This document shows, one piece after another, positions 8,978-19,088 of a DNA stretch of 52,402 nucleotides. Within the stretch, counting starts at the first letter, position 1. Each line of letters starts with the position of its first letter. The translations under genes and the position numbers were made by a program. The DNA lies in IMG/VR virus record IMGVR_UViG_3300029268_000024, positions 1 through 52,402 of that record; one strand, given 5' to 3'. The notes beneath the pieces were generated by a model, which saw only the letters and a program-made list of their open reading frames with translations, searched no databases and was not told the origin of the DNA. This stretch comes from a virus (lineage: Duplodnaviria; Caudoviricetes).

Positions 8978-10848
8978 TATTTTATCCTCTCTTGATATTT
9001 TCTAATAACCTTATGAACACTTTCGGAAGCTTCCAATTTACCCTCTTCGTCTAATTCTTTCGCAATATGGACAAGCGATAAAAGGGCATTGGTCATAACT
9101 TTTTTTATCCTACTTCTATTAACATCTGTACCCTCTGCTTCTTCGGTTACAGGTAAAGGTTTCGGAACTTTTTTACTCGGAGTAGTTTTTGGAGGAACTA
9201 AAACATCTGGCACTAATGGTTTTTGAGGTGGCACTTTCTTTTGTCCCGGTATAACCTCTTCCCCCATTCCTTTTTCCTCTACTACTCCTTCATCCTCAAC
9301 ACTTTCTTCTGTAGGTACTTCTATATCTTCCTCCGAAATTCCTTCTAACTGTTCACTTCTTTGTTGTCTCCATTCCGTCAACTGTGTCCTAGTAATATTG
9401 GGAGTACCTTCGGGGAGAGAAAAGGTAGGTATAACAAAAGAAAGCTGTGCGCCTTCTGGTTTCTTACTTCTGGTTGATTTTGAAGGCTTTGCGGGTTTTC
9501 CTTTAGGTTCAAAACTAATCATTTTAGCCCTTGTATTAGGATCAATAAATTCAGGTGGAACTTCTGCAAAAAACAGAGAACTCATAAACATACAGGTTTC
9601 AGGATCATCAAATCCTTCTTCTTTTTTACTTCTATTTTCAAATAATTGCTCGATTTCCTTACTCGTTTCGCCCAATAATTCACTATCGGATTTTCTTCTG
9701 CTAAACCTTCCTCTCGCATCTTTAACACTTCTAGTTCTGTTTATTTCATTAAGCCAGTAATTAACAATTTGCGGAGTGAATTGCCCCTTTGCCTTAAGAG
9801 ACTTTATTCGGTCTTGAGATCTCTTTAAATTTAAAAACTCGGATAGTTTTACGGGGTCAGATATTTTAGAAGTAACCATGGCTTCTAATATTTCTTTTCT
9901 TAAATCCAGAACGGAAAACTGGATAGGTCTGGTTTTAAGGGCATCGGTTCTTTGAGATCCAATGGTAGGCTTTTTCATTACATAAAAATCAGGAATAACT
10001 TTTATCTGTTCCGCAGCAGGGCCACCCATTTGTTTGGCTTTCAATTGAATGTCCTTAAAAATTTCAAATACTTTACCCACAAAAGCTTCATCGGTTTGCA
10101 GCATTTTGACGGCTTCAATTTCAGGTATTCCACTTTCTTTTGCAACCCTTCTAATAGAATCTTTTAGGGCGGCATCCATATTCCCCTCTTTACTAGCCTT
10201 GATTAACATTTTATAAATACCTTTTGCATTGGGGAAGAAATAACTTCCTTTGCCAAAAATGGGAGCCTCTTGATATAGTTTTTTTCCTTCGGGGGTATTA
10301 GGATCTGCCGACTTATATTCTGTATGTTTTTTTGACCATTGTTTTGTACCACGCCGTTCCTTCATTTCACTTAATGCCACAACTTTAAAGTCATCTGGAC
10401 CCAAGATACTAGAAAAATCAGAAAAATTTTTATTTAACATATCATGAAAAGCTCTAGTAGTTTCATCTGGATTTGCTTTTTGAAATCGTCTTATAAAATA
10501 CGCATACTTATTTTGTTGATCAGAAGGTTTGCTTCCGACATAAGGGCCAATGAAATTCATATAAGCACCATAACCCGGATGATAACCCACAAAAACAAAG
10601 AAAATATTCTTCATTTGTTCGTTGGTTACTCCGTATCGATGCCTGAAAACTTCTTCATATTTTTGTTTTTCATGAGTTACTTCGTTTAAAACACCCTCTA
10701 ATGAAGGCGTAGTTTTGACAGTATTATTCCAGTCTTGATTTTGACCATTAACAATTTCATCGTATTTCCACCATTGCCATCCGGTTTGACGATAAACCTG
10801 CCAGTCCCATCCAATAGCTTCTTTTTTAAGATTATATATTGTGCTCAT
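8977..10848 (-). CDS. Hypothetical protein
   Basis: 623 aa; stop overlaps the protease start by 1 nt; N-terminus MSTIYNLKKEA. Confidence 0.8.
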   Translation of the reverse strand: MSTIYNLKKEAIGWDWQVYRQTGWQWWKYDEIVNGQNQDWNNTVKTTPSLEGVLNEVTHEKQKYEEVFRHRYGVTNEQMKNIFFVFVGYHPGYGAYMNFIGPYVGSKPSDQQNKYAYFIRRFQKANPDETTRAFHDMLNKNFSDFSSILGPDDFKVVALSEMKERRGTKQWSKKHTEYKSADPNTPEGKKLYQEAPIFGKGSYFFPNAKGIYKMLIKASKEGNMDAALKDSIRRVAKESGIPEIEAVKMLQTDEAFVGKVFEIFKDIQLKAKQMGGPAAEQIKVIPDFYVMKKPTIGSQRTDALKTRPIQFSVLDLRKEILEAMVTSKISDPVKLSEFLNLKRSQDRIKSLKAKGQFTPQIVNYWLNEINRTRSVKDARGRFSRRKSDSELLGETSKEIEQLFENRSKKEEGFDDPETCMFMSSLFFAEVPPEFIDPNTRAKMISFEPKGKPAKPSKSTRSKKPEGAQLSFVIPTFSLPEGTPNITRTQLTEWRQQRSEQLEGISEEDIEVPTEESVEDEGVVEEKGMGEEVIPGQKKVPPQKPLVPDVLVPPKTTPSKKVPKPLPVTEEAEGTDVNRSRIKKVMTNALLSLVHIAKELDEEGKLEASESVHKVIRKYQERIK

Positions 10849-10851
10849 GAA

Positions 10852-11274
10852 CTAATCCTTTTCTTCTTTCTTATCCTCTTCATTATGTTCACGCCATACA
10901 TTGACTTTGGCCCCTATTCCCATTAACTGTTTAGAAGTATAAGGTTTAAGTGCTTTTGGAGGATTAACACCCCATGTCTCTCTCGCATATTCTGCAGCAG
11001 AAGACATACTATCAAAATACTTACCGCCTGCCGAATAAGTAGCAGGAAGTTTTCTTACACCGGCGAAAAACTTAGCTCTAGGCTCATGAACTTTCGCAGG
11101 GCCAATAATACAATAATATCTATCACCATCCGGAGCCCCACCTTCAAATCTAAAATAACTACCGGGACCAATAACATCTTCAAACATTCTTTTGAGAAAA
11201 GAAGTTTTTTCCGTGTAAACCTCACCCCAATCGATATGTTTTTCAACTAATTTTTCTCTGGAAAATTTATCCAT
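10852..11274 (-). CDS. Hypothetical protein
   Basis: 140 aa, tightly packed in the operon. Confidence 0.75.
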   Translation of the reverse strand: MDKFSREKLVEKHIDWGEVYTEKTSFLKRMFEDVIGPGSYFRFEGGAPDGDRYYCIIGPAKVHEPRAKFFAGVRKLPATYSAGGKYFDSMSSAAEYARETWGVNPPKALKPYTSKQLMGIGAKVNVWREHNEEDKKEEKD

Positions 11275-11277
11275 TAT

Positions 11278-11589
11278 TTATACTGCAATGGCTTGTCCGC
11301 CAGTTTCTTTAGCAGATAACCAATCGTTTACAGCTTTATTAATTTGGTCTGGTGACATACCCGGTACTTCCCTCATCAGAAGATTGACTATTTCTTTTCT
11401 AATCGAAGGGCGACTATATTTATTAAAACGACCCATGCTTCCGCTACCCGTTTGATACCAATTTTCAAGCTTACTTACCACATCTTGCCCCATTTGTCCC
11501 ATAGGCGATGGATTAACATCTGCTGTTTTCGTCCACCCAGCTTTCTTTCCCATCTCTTCCCACTGAGTTTTGCTTAGTTTAATTTTCAT
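11278..11589 (-). CDS. Hypothetical protein with MKIKLSKxQWEEMGKKAGW leader
   Basis: AAGGAG RBS; 19-aa leader shared with three other ORFs. Confidence 0.8.
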   Translation of the reverse strand: MKIKLSKTQWEEMGKKAGWTKTADVNPSPMGQMGQDVVSKLENWYQTGSGSMGRFNKYSRPSIRKEIVNLLMREVPGMSPDQINKAVNDWLSAKETGGQAIAV

Positions 11590-11613
11590 GTTCTCCTTAT
11601 ATTTTTAAACCAC

Positions 11614-11913
11614 TTAGAAGTTTTCAACAACTTCCATGCCAGTTAATCTAGCATTTAATCTGGCATAAATATCTTTAATAAACGGCCCAAAAGCATCCCT
11701 TATTTCATCGGGAGAGGCTTTCCAAACATAAGGTACGTTTTCTAGGCGTCTAACAAGATCTTCGAGCATTTTATCCGGAGTTCCCCAATCTGGAATAATG
11801 TCCTCAATATTTTGTTTTAATGGTGGGATATTGCGATCAGTTTGTCCTGTGCGACTCCACCCAGCTTTCTTTCCCATCTCTTCCCACTGAGTTTTGCTTA
11901 GTTTAATTTTCAT
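11614..11913 (-). CDS. Hypothetical protein with MKIKLSKxQWEEMGKKAGW leader
   Basis: AAGGAG RBS; first 58 bp identical to 11532-11589. Confidence 0.8.
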   Translation of the reverse strand: MKIKLSKTQWEEMGKKAGWSRTGQTDRNIPPLKQNIEDIIPDWGTPDKMLEDLVRRLENVPYVWKASPDEIRDAFGPFIKDIYARLNARLTGMEVVENF

Positions 11914-11933
11914 AAATTCTCCTTAATATCAAC

Positions 11934-11970
11934 AAAAAAATAGCCACTACTATTTTCTATAGTAATGGCT
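11934..11970 (-). terminator. Intrinsic terminator after portal, overlapping a promoter-like motif
   Basis: Minus strand AGCCATTACTAT-AGAAA-ATAGTAGTGGCT followed by A and a T run. Confidence 0.65.
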
Positions 11971-11993
11971 GAAAAACCTTTAATGAAACGCAA

Positions 11994-14900
11994 TTATTGA
12001 GGTTGAACATTTGGAGCTTCGGGCGTATCAAATGTTTTCTGGTCTTGAGCCTGTCCCGCCTGCTGCTGCAAAGATAATTTCTTCCTCATAATACTTTGAA
12101 TAACAGTACGAATTACCTGTTCCAGTTTATTATCTATCTCTACATCGGTAAACCTGAGAATCGTCCATCCTTGCTGAGCTAACTTCATATCCCTTTCTTT
12201 GTCATGAGTAATCTGTTTGCCCGAACTATGGAATATTTCACCATCAGCTTCAATACCTATTTTGATATCCGGTATCCCGAAATCAATAGAATACTCTTCA
12301 GCACCTACCCTAACCCTATATTGCGGAATTATGGTGCTCTCTATCAAACCTTCCTGTTGAGCCTTCATAAGTCGTGGAATAAGAGCCCTTTCGCATTTGG
12401 TAAAAATAACACGCCCCTTTTCATCTCTGGTTTGCCCCTGAGCATCTTTACCACCCACCCCATGAACTTCCTGCTGTTGGAAAATTTTCTTCTGCTCTGC
12501 TGCTAATCTCTCACGAGTTTTCTTCTTCAAAACTCTACCACCAAATTGATTGGGATCAGCAACTTCGGCAGTCATACTAGAAGCCTTTGCCATCGGAGGC
12601 CCACCTACTCCACCACCCACAGGAGAAGGCCCACCTCCCGGCGCACCTCCCGCACCACCCATCTCTCCCGGAGCCCCAATAGGCGGTGCTCCACCTCCAC
12701 CTAAAGGAGGTAATCCCCCGCCACCACCTCCACCACCCCCACCAAATCCACCACCTGCTGCTCCACCCTGTTGCTGACCAAATCCTTGTCCCAAAGCCAT
12801 CATTTGTAGCGCATCATATCTCTTTCTTTCTATTTCCTGATCGGGGTCTAAGTCGAAAGATTCCAATAACGTTTGAGCACTAATAACACCCTTATCATAT
12901 AACTGAATCATGAAGGTTCTATATTGCTGCTGATCACGCAGATGCATCGAACCCCACTTAATCTTTGGAATCAAATATTCTTCTTCGCCTGTTTCGGGAT
13001 TCTTATCTATAAACCCCTGTCTCTTGGATTCGGGAAGATAAATAGATTGCTCGATCCATTGGGAAATTTCCTGTCTGAAAGTTTCCAATCTCTGAATCAT
13101 GGCTTCAATACCTACAGCGGCGGAACTGAAGTTAGGCCCTTCACCGTTGAGAAGCGCATTATTAATCATCATACCGTCAAGAACTTCCTGATTAATAAAT
13201 TCAAATTCATTAGACAAAGTTAATACTCTTCCCGCAGCACCTACAAAGTCTAACTCGAAAGCATGATGGGTAATAATAGTTAAATTAGGATCTTGTGCGG
13301 TCATTGCCAATTGTGCCTGAACATCGGCTATATCGGCAGGACCAGCGGGACGTTCATCGCTACCTACTTTAACAATCTTAATAGGAACAATTAATCTTTC
13401 GGCTACAATCCACTGAGCCACCATTAATTTTGTTTTGTAAGAAAGAATCGGGAACAATCTTCTTACCATTCCAATACCGTACTTCGTATATCCACACTCC
13501 CCATATTTTAAATGGGTTACATTGCGATTATCTAAACGAATAGGTTGTCCCGAAGAAATAAGCTTAATCACTTCGGGAGATAATCTTTCGTAACCCGGAG
13601 TCTTTCTTTGAACCATATTAATCAATTCTTCATCAGGTCTAAGAGCAATAATGGCATCGGGATTAACCGGAGAAGTATAAACCTCAACATAGTCGGGATT
13701 CAATATAACCATTCTTCTTATCGTTCCGCCCTCATGATCGCAAATTTCATCTCCCAATTTTCCCGAACCTTGACAATGAGGACATTCTATCTCTAAAAAT
13801 GGGAAACAATCTCCAAGCAAATGAACCTCATGGCTGATCAATCTGCACCACTTGGGAAGCTTGAGACGTTTTTTAAATCTATCAAAATAAAGTTTAACAT
13901 CCCGGTTTCTACATTCGTGCTCCCAATCGCTCATCGGAAAATCGGAATAGAAATCAATGGCAGAAGCTACTTTGGGTTCATTAGAATTATGAACAACACA
14001 TCCATTAATGCAATATGTATGATTATTTTCTATTTCAAGATCGTAAACTTTTCCACAGTAATGTTTGTGTTGAATGTCGATAATTTTTCGATACATTTTG
14101 TTTTTTAATGCAATATATTCTCTAATTTTATGATGATGTGCCGGAGTTATATGGCTATACTTTTCACAAATACCATTGAGTTTTTCACAAGCCATCCTCC
14201 CTATTCTTATATTGCAGCTTGGAGATTCGTTTAAGATGTTCGTTTTACATATTCTGGTTTTTTGAGTGCTCCAACTAACCGAATGAGACAAATTAAGTTT
14301 TGTACAAATTACTCTTAACTGAGACGCCAAAGGTTGAGAAGATATCCTTATTTGATCTCCGAAAGTATTGGAAACACATCCGTCTCCATCCGAAATTCCA
14401 GCTATAAAGTTTAACAATTGTGATTCAGAAGCATTATTTATAAACTCGGAACATAGTTTTTTGCCAAGACAGCCATCACCAATAATAGAATAAAACAATT
14501 TTGCAATTACCACATTATGTAAAACAATATCGTAGCACTTGCCATGTCCATTTTTGTATTCTTTTGTTTTAAATCCTAATTCATCTTCAATAATTTTTCT
14601 TGCTTTTTCCCCAATCGTATTTTTCTCGTCATTAGACAATGTTATGCGTATACCCTTAGGATATTTTCTTTCATTTTTATAGTTGTACCAGTAATATGAT
14701 CCATCTGCCGCAAAAAGACCAAGAAGCCAACATACCCTATCCGAAAACATATCCGGCATAAATTTACTAGTTGGTTTTAATTCAGGAGAGATAACGCAAT
14801 CACCAATTTTGATATTTCCCACTTCGTTCCATGACTCAGTAATATCAACCTTACCAAACTTTTTAATCCTTTCTTGCTTGCGTCTTTCTGAATGAACTGT

Positions 14901-15455
14901 TTGATAGGATTTTTCCCACTCTTCTTTTTTAACAACTTTTATTTCATGCGAATTTGTAATGGAAATCTTGGTATTGCTTCCGCCAATCTTTAATTCCGAA
15001 ATATCTTCATCAATATCACGAGTATGAACCCTCATAACCCTTTGTATATTACCGTTTTCATCAATAATTCTATCTCCAACAACAATATCGCATATTTTCT
15101 TCTCTGTCCCATCCGACATAAGTACTTGGTTATCAGGGGTTAAGCAATAAAAAAATCTACTCCATTGATATTCTTCGAGCCTCTTACTTGGGATTTGCCA
15201 ATTGATCGGGGTATGAACCGGAGAAAAGAATGCAGGCTGACCGTAAACTACTCCTGCACTAGAAGCAAAGCGTGACATTCCAGAACCCCAAGAGCCCGTA
15301 TTTACAGCAGCAGTAGGGGAATAATTATGTCGGGGAACTCTTTTATAATCCGGATGTTCTTCAATGATTTGCTTACTTATTTTACTGGGATCACGGCTAC
15401 GTAGTGCTTGAAAAGTCCTAGCTAGATCAGATGTTTGAATTACGGGCTCAGCCAT
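11994..15455 (-). CDS. Portal protein with intein, Gly/Pro linker and C-terminal DUF559/Vsr-like endonuclease domain
   Basis: Portal-like extein (EPKVASAIDFYSDFP, ILNPDYVEV, VTHLK..YGIG, PIKIVKVG, LLNGEGPNFSSA). The C-terminus has IDFGIP..KIGIEADG..FH...DKERD..L...GWTILRF. Confidence 0.8.
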   Translation of the reverse strand: MAEPVIQTSDLARTFQALRSRDPSKISKQIIEEHPDYKRVPRHNYSPTAAVNTGSWGSGMSRFASSAGVVYGQPAFFSPVHTPINWQIPSKRLEEYQWSRFFYCLTPDNQVLMSDGTEKKICDIVVGDRIIDENGNIQRVMRVHTRDIDEDISELKIGGSNTKISITNSHEIKVVKKEEWEKSYQTVHSERRKQERIKKFGKVDITESWNEVGNIKIGDCVISPELKPTSKFMPDMFSDRVCWLLGLFAADGSYYWYNYKNERKYPKGIRITLSNDEKNTIGEKARKIIEDELGFKTKEYKNGHGKCYDIVLHNVVIAKLFYSIIGDGCLGKKLCSEFINNASESQLLNFIAGISDGDGCVSNTFGDQIRISSQPLASQLRVICTKLNLSHSVSWSTQKTRICKTNILNESPSCNIRIGRMACEKLNGICEKYSHITPAHHHKIREYIALKNKMYRKIIDIQHKHYCGKVYDLEIENNHTYCINGCVVHNSNEPKVASAIDFYSDFPMSDWEHECRNRDVKLYFDRFKKRLKLPKWCRLISHEVHLLGDCFPFLEIECPHCQGSGKLGDEICDHEGGTIRRMVILNPDYVEVYTSPVNPDAIIALRPDEELINMVQRKTPGYERLSPEVIKLISSGQPIRLDNRNVTHLKYGECGYTKYGIGMVRRLFPILSYKTKLMVAQWIVAERLIVPIKIVKVGSDERPAGPADIADVQAQLAMTAQDPNLTIITHHAFELDFVGAAGRVLTLSNEFEFINQEVLDGMMINNALLNGEGPNFSSAAVGIEAMIQRLETFRQEISQWIEQSIYLPESKRQGFIDKNPETGEEEYLIPKIKWGSMHLRDQQQYRTFMIQLYDKGVISAQTLLESFDLDPDQEIERKRYDALQMMALGQGFGQQQGGAAGGGFGGGGGGGGGGLPPLGGGGAPPIGAPGEMGGAGGAPGGGPSPVGGGVGGPPMAKASSMTAEVADPNQFGGRVLKKKTRERLAAEQKKIFQQQEVHGVGGKDAQGQTRDEKGRVIFTKCERALIPRLMKAQQEGLIESTIIPQYRVRVGAEEYSIDFGIPDIKIGIEADGEIFHSSGKQITHDKERDMKLAQQGWTILRFTDVEIDNKLEQVIRTVIQSIMRKKLSLQQQAGQAQDQKTFDTPEAPNVQPQ
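13986..15146 (-). mobile_element. Intein with LAGLIDADG homing endonuclease (387 aa) in the portal gene
   Basis: Starts FFY|CLTPDNQVLMSDG and ends VYDLEIENNHTYCINGCVVHN|S; internal LLGLFAADG and FIAGISDGDG motifs. Confidence 0.93.
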
Positions 15456-15497
15456 TTTACACTCCTATACATACACCCATTATACAAGAAAGTGAAA

Positions 15498-16925
15498 TTA
15501 TTGTAAAGGAGTTTCCGCTGTAACTGGTGTAGCGTCAGTTATATTAAATCCCTGTTCTTCTGGTGATTGTAAAGCGGCTCCTGCTTTTGGACCCGCAACT
15601 TGTTCAACGGCTTCTTTAACCCCTTTAATTTGATCGTCCTCCAACCCTAAATCAATGGCGGCAGAACGAAACTCATCCGATACTCTTGCAGGTGTATTAG
15701 TATCTGAAAACATAAATTTTTCGTTGGCTACTCCGATTGCCGTAGAACTTTTAGCTACCACAAATCCGTCTCCATCAAATCGAAATTCCGTACCTCCGGG
15801 AACATTGACTACCTGTTTAGTATCGGCACTTATAACTTGGGCTCCATCCTTGGGTATAGTAACATTCTTCCCAACAAGATTTTGCGGATCTCTTAAAAGC
15901 TGTCCTATAGTAACCAATCCATCAGTATTATCGGCCTGAGTAACATGATAAGCAACTTTCTGATGTTTTTTAACCATATCCTGACCGAACTTATCAATCT
16001 GCGCAACCCCCAGAACCGAAGCTTCATAATGATCAGCAACCGCATTCAGCATGGTCTTATAATCAATTCCTGCTTCTCTCATTTCCAATGTGTCTTTCAG
16101 GATGTTATAGACTCTATCATCCTTTCTTTCGGGATCAAGTGTAGAAGCAATCTTTACTATTCTTTCAAATCCGGTAGAGGCAGCAACTTCCAGATCGTAA
16201 GTTTCATTACCCCTAGCTTCCTCTAAACGTCTTTCGGTAGAATATTGATGTGGTCTTGGTTTACGGGTTCTTTCCCCATTAGCTAGTTCCATTGAATTTC
16301 CACCAAATCTATCGGTATCGGGAACAGCGGGAGTACCGGCAGTTGGAAATCTATGGAATCGGTCATTGATATAACCGCCTACAACTTTACCATCTTTATC
16401 TTGATAGTCGGCATAAAATTTATCCATGATATACATACGCCAGAGAGCTTCTCCGCTATAGACTCTGGTAGGATCTTCGTCAAATGAAATAGCATCGGTA
16501 TAGTAATGGGTAAAATTGAAGAACTTATTTCTATCGGTTCTCCAAGGTGTCCCCTCATTGAACCCATCTACAATACGGTTCCACTTATTACGCATACCTC
16601 TGACCCATCCATTTCTTTGTCTGGATTGGGAAGGCATATCTTGAGCTTGTTTTTGCATTTTTACCCCTTCTGATTTATCTGTCTTTTTGTTCAAATTACC
16701 CGCTAATCTATGACTCGCTAGAATTCCCAGAAGAGCTTTTGGAGCCTCTTCGTTTTCAGGATGTTCAATTATTGCTTTACACGTTTCTGAAATGCTATCT
16801 TCTTGAGGAACCGTATTGGATGCTTTTTGAATAATATCCATTAACTCCTTAGTGGCAAGAGCAGCGGTTCCTTTAGAAGCAACCCATCTTTTAATATCTT
16901 CTGCGTTTTGCCAATAAGCGGCCAT
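15498..16925 (-). CDS. Hypothetical protein (probably head-associated)
   Basis: 475 aa with GGAG RBS; internal MQKQAQ and IVKIAS linker motifs. Confidence 0.75.
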   Translation of the reverse strand: MAAYWQNAEDIKRWVASKGTAALATKELMDIIQKASNTVPQEDSISETCKAIIEHPENEEAPKALLGILASHRLAGNLNKKTDKSEGVKMQKQAQDMPSQSRQRNGWVRGMRNKWNRIVDGFNEGTPWRTDRNKFFNFTHYYTDAISFDEDPTRVYSGEALWRMYIMDKFYADYQDKDGKVVGGYINDRFHRFPTAGTPAVPDTDRFGGNSMELANGERTRKPRPHQYSTERRLEEARGNETYDLEVAASTGFERIVKIASTLDPERKDDRVYNILKDTLEMREAGIDYKTMLNAVADHYEASVLGVAQIDKFGQDMVKKHQKVAYHVTQADNTDGLVTIGQLLRDPQNLVGKNVTIPKDGAQVISADTKQVVNVPGGTEFRFDGDGFVVAKSSTAIGVANEKFMFSDTNTPARVSDEFRSAAIDLGLEDDQIKGVKEAVEQVAGPKAGAALQSPEEQGFNITDATPVTAETPLQ

Positions 16926-16935
16926 GTTTTACTCC

Positions 16936-17265
16936 TTAAACTGTTGGTTGAGTTGTGGCTGCGGGTTGAGCCGGTTGTTCCTTCTTTCCATCATATATAT
17001 CTGCCCTGTCACGCATTTTTTTAATAGTATTAGATATCCACCCTGAATCCATTCCCTGAATCCACCTTATCATAAAAGCTTCCCCGCCCCTACGACTATT
17101 AAATATTTCTACCATATTTGCAATGCCATCTTTTAAATCCTCTATTCCTTTCTTCACAATAGGATCTTCATAAATACTGGAAGGCTGTGGAACCCTTAAG
17201 CTAGTAACCCATCCAGCTTTCTTTCCCATCTCTTCCCATTGAGATTTGCTTAGTTTAATCTTCAT
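16936..17265 (-). CDS. Hypothetical protein with MKIKLSKxQWEEMGKKAGW leader
   Basis: Leader differs at 4 of 57 nt from the copies starting at 11589 and 11913; the body is unrelated. Confidence 0.8.
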   Translation of the reverse strand: MKIKLSKSQWEEMGKKAGWVTSLRVPQPSSIYEDPIVKKGIEDLKDGIANMVEIFNSRRGGEAFMIRWIQGMDSGWISNTIKKMRDRADIYDGKKEQPAQPAATTQPTV

Positions 17266-17274
17266 TTCTACTTC

Positions 17275-18294
17275 TTATTTCTTTAAGAGGGTTTCTATTT
17301 CGGCACCGAAATCATCCGAAATAGAACGACTAGCTGCTTTATTAGCTTTTTGCCAATCTACCTGTTCCTTGGGCCTCTGAATAGATTTCTTGTATTCCGC
17401 ATTCTTTTCAGATATCATTTCGCCAGCCGTTTTTTCAGGAATACTATCAATATCAAACTTCCCATAAACTCCACTAGATGCAGAAGGAGAACCAAGTCCC
17501 GGCTGAGCATTCATAACCTCTGTTGGGAAAACTAATCCTTTAGCTACAATATCATTCTGCTCCATGGCCTTAATCTGATCTTTTTCCCATTCTTTGTGGC
17601 TAGCTACCTTGGCCGCTTCTTTCTCCGCTTTCTCTCTTCTTAATCTTTGTCCTGAATCTTCGGTTGTGCTTTCCGCCAGTTTCTCAATTACATCAGGGGC
17701 CATAATGCTATTTTGATTCTTGGGAAGACTTGAAAGCGAATTCATAAAATAATCTTCTCCACCACGAATAGGAACAATTCCAGAATTCATTGTTGGTTCC
17801 AAGGCAAGTTTCCCTTCCGCTGTTACTTGCTGCCAATTTGCTTTCTTGATATGATCGGTATTAGATCTTGATTCAATATGGAACGGATCGCCCATAACAT
17901 TCTTTAAGGCTTCGGTTGCAGGATCTTCTTGAACAGCCGTTTGAGCGGAGGCCGTTTTAACTACCGGAGAGCTTTTTGATTCTACGGAAATGGAAGGATC
18001 AAATACTTTGAACTTTTCCAATTCCATTCCGCTAGCCAAAGCAAATTCCTTAAGATGGCTAACTACTGTTTTATCCCAAGCAGAGTTGTAATGATAAATC
18101 TTACCGTTAGAAGCGCATTCCTCTATTCTATCACATTCTTTAGCCAAAACTTCTTCTGTTACATCGGTAGAAAGATTAACTTCAGCTTCGGATTGGATAG
18201 AGGATTTTTCTTCAGGAGCCCCAGAATTCTTAGTATCCTCTACAGCATACCAAGTAGGTGCTATTTTTTCATCTGCCACTTTAAATATCTTCAT
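17275..18294 (-). CDS. Hypothetical protein
   Basis: 339 aa; N-terminus MKIFKVA; internal VVKTAS. Confidence 0.75.
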   Translation of the reverse strand: MKIFKVADEKIAPTWYAVEDTKNSGAPEEKSSIQSEAEVNLSTDVTEEVLAKECDRIEECASNGKIYHYNSAWDKTVVSHLKEFALASGMELEKFKVFDPSISVESKSSPVVKTASAQTAVQEDPATEALKNVMGDPFHIESRSNTDHIKKANWQQVTAEGKLALEPTMNSGIVPIRGGEDYFMNSLSSLPKNQNSIMAPDVIEKLAESTTEDSGQRLRREKAEKEAAKVASHKEWEKDQIKAMEQNDIVAKGLVFPTEVMNAQPGLGSPSASSGVYGKFDIDSIPEKTAGEMISEKNAEYKKSIQRPKEQVDWQKANKAASRSISDDFGAEIETLLKK

Positions 18295-18387
18295 ATCATA
18301 TCCTTATTTATTGATTCTGTTACAACTCTACAATTCTTTCCATATATTTGCGTATTATCCTTCTATATTCCTTCTTTTTTTAAACAA

Positions 18388-18425
18388 CAAAAAAACCCGC
18401 ATTAAATTGCTTCAATGCAGGTTTC
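18388..18425 (-). terminator. Probable intrinsic terminator
   Basis: Imperfect hairpin ACCTGCATTGAA..TTTAATGCGGGT plus a T run after pth2. Confidence 0.6.
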
Positions 18426-18444
18426 CTCAAATTATGTCTATCAA

Positions 18445-18873
18445 TTACAGCAGCGGTAATTCTCCAGTTATCTTATCTATCTCATCGGAATAAGCAGGCC
18501 CAATAGCACAACAGGTTCTAGTTTTTACCCCTTTAAACTCCGTAAGTCCGGCATCCTCTATTAAAGCAACAGGAAGATTGGCATCCTTGGCTTTCTGATA
18601 AACGTCCATAAGTTCTTCTTCGGACTTGACATAGACGCATATCTTTGTAAAAAGACCACTAATCCAATCTTGTTCTGCCTGAGAAAGATTTTGAATTATA
18701 TAACTAGTAGGAGGAGTATAAAAATAACCTTTATCCAATAATACCTTCATAGAAGCATGGCAACATTGGGCTATTAATTTGCCTTGCCTTAAACCCATAG
18801 TCCCGCCTTTACCATCAGGATATTTGGTTCTAGCAACAATGACTTGTTTAACTGGTCTTACTTCATCAGGCAT
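18445..18873 (-). CDS. pth2: Peptidyl-tRNA hydrolase, Pth2 family
   Basis: KQVIVAR, GKLIAQCCHA, KICVYV..EEEL, IEDAGLTEF, TCCAIGP, IDKITGELPLL are Pth2 motifs. Confidence 0.92.
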   Translation of the reverse strand: MPDEVRPVKQVIVARTKYPDGKGGTMGLRQGKLIAQCCHASMKVLLDKGYFYTPPTSYIIQNLSQAEQDWISGLFTKICVYVKSEEELMDVYQKAKDANLPVALIEDAGLTEFKGVKTRTCCAIGPAYSDEIDKITGELPLL

Positions 18874-19085
18874 TTTATGGGGAACCTTTCTTCAACTAAT
18901 TCTCTACTCGAATACCTGTTTGCGTATCTATACATTTTTGAGTAGCAATAAGGATATCTAATTGTATCTAGAGAACGACAGTAAGCAATCCTTTCTTCAA
19001 ATATTCTAGTTTTTATAGTGAATAAAACTAGAAGGCGATTTTTGGGATCACTCTTACGAGTAACTATTGAACCTTTTTGAATCAT
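18858..19085 (-). CDS. Small hypothetical protein (tandem paralog A)
   Basis: MIQKGSIVT...ELVEERFPIKCLMK. Confidence 0.6.
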   Translation of the reverse strand: MIQKGSIVTRKSDPKNRLLVLFTIKTRIFEERIAYCRSLDTIRYPYCYSKMYRYANRYSSRELVEERFPIKCLMK

Positions 19086-19088
19086 TTG

